From positions 79,546,001 to 79,610,000 of the forward strand of contig NC_043008.1 of assembly GCF_006345805.1 (NCBI RefSeq): 64,000 nucleotides of DNA, read 5' to 3'. The DNA comes from Octopus sinensis. Its lineage: Eukaryota. Shown here one piece after another: positions 60,933 through 64,000 of the stretch. The position numbers were made by a program, and so were the translations under genes. Every line of letters begins with the position of its first letter. The stretch's first letter is position 1. The notes under the pieces are model-generated. The model was not told the origin of the DNA. It was given only the letters and a program-made list of their open reading frames with translations, and did no database searches.

Positions 60933-63070
60933 TGTTCGTCCTTTCGGGTTCGAAGATGACCACTGACATTATCAGGTGGAACTGCCGCTATGAGACCGGA
61001 GGTGGCTCGTGAGGCCAATCCAGGCAAGGAAGCCCCTCCCACAGGTGGGGCAGAAGTGGGTAGGGGCCGTGCTACTGGTGCAGGCAGCTCTGGCTTTCCG
61101 CATCTGGTGTTTCTGCTCTGCTGACCGAATCCGTCCCTCCTCGGCTGTCCCTGCTCCTGTGGTGATTGCGCTGCGCCAGGATGAGCGGTCGGCAACAAGT
61201 GTCTCCCAGGTCTCTGTGCCGATGGAGAAGTCTCTGAGAGAGACCTTGAGACTGTCCTTGAAGCGCTTCTTCTGCCCTCCGACTTTGCGTTTGCCCTGGC
61301 TGAGTTCACCGTAGAAGAGCTGTTTTGGGATGCGAGTGTCGGACATGCGGGAGACGTGGCCCACCCATCTCAGCTGGGCCTTGCGCATGATTGTGATGGT
61401 GCTAGGGAGATCTGCCTGCTTCAGAACTTCCGTGTCTGGGACTTTGTCCTGCCAGCGGATGTGAAGGAGGTTCCGAAGACACCTGAGGTGGAAGTGGTTT
61501 ATCTGACGCTCGTGCCTTCGGTAAGCAGTCCACGTCTCGCAGCCGTATAGTAGGGTGGTAAGCACGACTGCCCGGTAGACTTTCAGCTTGGTGTTGAGGC
61601 TGATTCCTCTCCGCTCCCAGACTTTCTTTCGCAGTCTCCCAAACGCGCTGCTTGCCTTGGAGATTCTGTTGATGGTTTCAGCATCTATGTTGGCATTGCA
61701 GGAGAGAGTGCTGCCCAGGTAGGTGAAGTTTTCCACCGCTCGTAGGATCTGTCCATTCTCCTTTATCTGAGGCTCATGGTATTGTTTGCCGGGGGCTGGC
61801 TGAAACATCACTTCGGTTTTCTTGGCACTGATGGTGAGACCGAAGTTGTCACAGGCTGATGAGAACCTGTCCATCTCGAGCTGCATCTCCTGCTCATTGA
61901 TTGCATTAAGGGCGCAGTCCTCAGCAAAGAGAAAGTCTCTGACGACTGTCTCCCTTACCTTTGTGACAGCCTGCAATCTTCTGGAGTTGAAAAGTTTCCC
62001 GTCTGTCCTGTACTTGATGTCGATACCGGACTTGCAGTCCCTAAAGGCGTCGGACAGCATTGCCGAGAACATGATGCTGAACAGTGTTGGGGCCAGGACA
62101 CAGCCCTGCCTGACTCCGTTGGTCACCTGGAAGGCTTCAGATGAGTTGCCGTCTTCAAGGACTCTGGCTGTCATTCCGTCGTGGAACTGGCGGACAATTG
62201 CAATAAATTTGCTGGGGCAACCAAATTTTCCCATGACCTTCCATCCTTCCATAGTCCCTCCCGACTGACTGTATCGAAAGCCTTGGTGAGGTCAACAAAG
62301 GTCATGCAGAGGTCAAGGTGCTGCTCCATGCATTTCTCCTGGAGCTGGCGGGCGGCGAATATCATGTCAGTGGTCCCTCGACCCACGCAGAAGCCACACT
62401 GGCTCTCAGGGAGAAGGCCTTGCTCCAAGTGTTCCAGAAGGCGGTCAAGCAGGACTTGGGCCAGGATCTTGCCTGCTATGGACAAGAGGGAGATTCCTCG
62501 GTGGTTGTCGCAGGACTGCCGATCTCCTTTCCGCTTATAAATGTGGACGATTGTTGCATCCCGGAAATCTTGAGGGAGTTGTTCCCTGTCCCACATCGAC
62601 TGGAACAGGCTGGTGAGCTGACTGATCATGGTGGGGCCGCCCGCCTTGAACACCTCTGCAGGGATGGCGTCAGAGCCTGGAGCTTTGCCGGTGGACATTT
62701 TTTTGATGGCTCTGCTCACTTCCTCGATTGCAGGGGGAACAGCCAGCTTGTGGTTTGTCGGCACCTGGGGGGAGTCGTGCGATGGCTTCCTCGTTGATCT
62801 GGGCTGGTCGGTTGAGCACGATGTTGAAATGCTCTGCCCATCTCTCCAGGATCAGCCTCTTGTTAGTCAGGAGTGAGGTTCCATCCGAGCTGAGCAGGGG
62901 GGTTGATCCAAAGGAGAACTGCGGTCCATAGACAGCTTTCAGCGCCTCGTAGAATTTCTTGGTGTCGTGTTTGTCTGCGTATCCCTGAATCTCATCCGCC
63001 TTGGCGCTTAACCATGCGTCTTGCATGAGGCGGAGTTTAGCCTGGACTGTGCTGTGAATGTTGTTGAAAG
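60933..63070 (-). mobile_element. RTE-BovB-like LINE, 5'-truncated, lightly decayed
   Basis: MSTGKAPGSDAIPAE, HRGISLLSIAGKILA, FVDLTKAFDTV, QGCVLAPTLF, C-terminal CPTCGRGFLAWIGLTSHLRSH; two frameshifts; visibly GC-richer than flanks. Confidence 0.93.
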
Positions 63071-63479
63071 GTAGATACTTTAAATAACAGATACTTTAAA
63101 TAATGGTAGTGGATCTCTCAAAGTTATAAATGAAGGGAAGTAAGAGAGGGAAAGGAGGAAATAGCGTGAGTGAGGAAGATGGCCCCTAGCAACCACACCT
63201 TTTAAGATAGGGATTTCTAAGGTAGCCCACGAGCATCGTCACCTCATTCTACATGTCCCTGTAAATTTTGGAGCGAATCGGACGGGACGTAGTGGCATTG
63301 AAAGCGATCCAAGCGGTAAAAACGCATTTCAGTTTTATATATAGAGATATATATATATAAAGACTATGTCCCAGTAGGCAAGAAATCAGACAGAAACCTT
63401 CACCCTTCCAGTAAATGGCTCTGCTTGATATGTAGGAACATATATGAGAGCTATAAAGACCAGATACACAGGAGAATGA

Positions 63480-64000
63480 TTTCCTTAAATGCTCTGGTGG
63501 CTCTCTGGAAGTTGTAGATGACCTAGTTAGCAGTGGAGGAGGTTGTACAGAAAGTGTAATTGCTAGGATAAGAATAGGATGGAGAAAGTTCAAAGAGTAT
63601 CTACCTTTGTTGGCAACCAAAGGTCTCTCCAAGTGAAGGGAATATTGTATCATGCATGTGTACAAACTGCGATGCCGCATGGTAATAAGACGTGAGCCCT
63701 GAATGTGGAGATCATGTGAAAGCTGGAGATGAAGCTGGTAAGCTCTGCTGGATATGCAATGTCAGTGTGCATGGGTGATAGTGTTGGTGAATTGAGAGAG
63801 AAGTTGGGCATAAGAGGAATTAGACACAGTGTGCAAGGGAGGAGACTGTGCTGGTTTGGTCATGTGATGCATATGGATGAGGACAGTTGCATAAAGAAGT
63901 GCCGATCACTTAAGTTGGAGGGAAGTTGTGAAAGATGTGGGATGAAGTATTGAAGGCCAATTTCAAAACACAGAACCTTATGAATGAGATGTCAGAGGAC
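63480..64000 (+). mobile_element. RTE LINE 3' ORF fragment
   Basis: DLVSSGGGCTESVIARIRIGWRKFKEYLPLLATKGLS, LREKLGIRGIR..VQGRRLCWFGHVM. Confidence 0.8.

Larger units (their letters stand above)
59064..63348 (+). mobile_element. Helentron/DINE-1-like element, copy 2 (head-to-tail with copy 1), with nested insertions
   Basis: Same ACTAG start; 59440-60230 similar to 57150-57950; end CATTTCAGTTTTATATATAGAGAT. Confidence 0.6.

Noticed and set aside
62670-63026. ORF track lists MQDAWLSAKADEIQ... as plus strand
   Set aside because: The ATG CAA GAC is the reverse complement of 63018-63026; it is a minus-strand part of the RTE ORF2, so the strand label appears wrong and it is not a separate gene

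Overview
An AT-rich, microsatellite-rich eukaryotic window made almost entirely of nested transposable elements. The SINE and repeat families resemble those of octopus/coleoid cephalopod genomes (inference from recalled repeat types, not a database hit). I found no confident host protein-coding gene, rRNA, true tRNA gene or CRISPR array. Contents: four Penelope-like retroelement (PLE) families, L1/Tx1, RTE and R4-like LINEs, two mariners, a Tc1, a near-intact SPIN-like hAT, Helitron/Helentron-type pieces, a probable solo LTR, a Gypsy integrase relic and many tRNA-derived SINEs. Most notable: (1) a 5.2-kb PLE with direct pseudo-LTRs whose decayed polyprotein has a 2A-like leader (SVEPNPGP) and a Ulp1/C48-type cysteine-protease domain upstream of RT and GIY-YIG; (2) minimal type-I hammerhead ribozymes readable in all four PLE families, three with a compensated U3-A8 core; (3) a 668-bp non-coding palindrome with a hammerhead in each arm; (4) a 9-kb nested inverted PLE complex with about 2.45-kb near-identical arms that include flanking DNA from a second element; (5) an ORF1-only, HAL1-like Tx1 retroposon with a 14-bp TSD inside a SINE's tRNA-like head.
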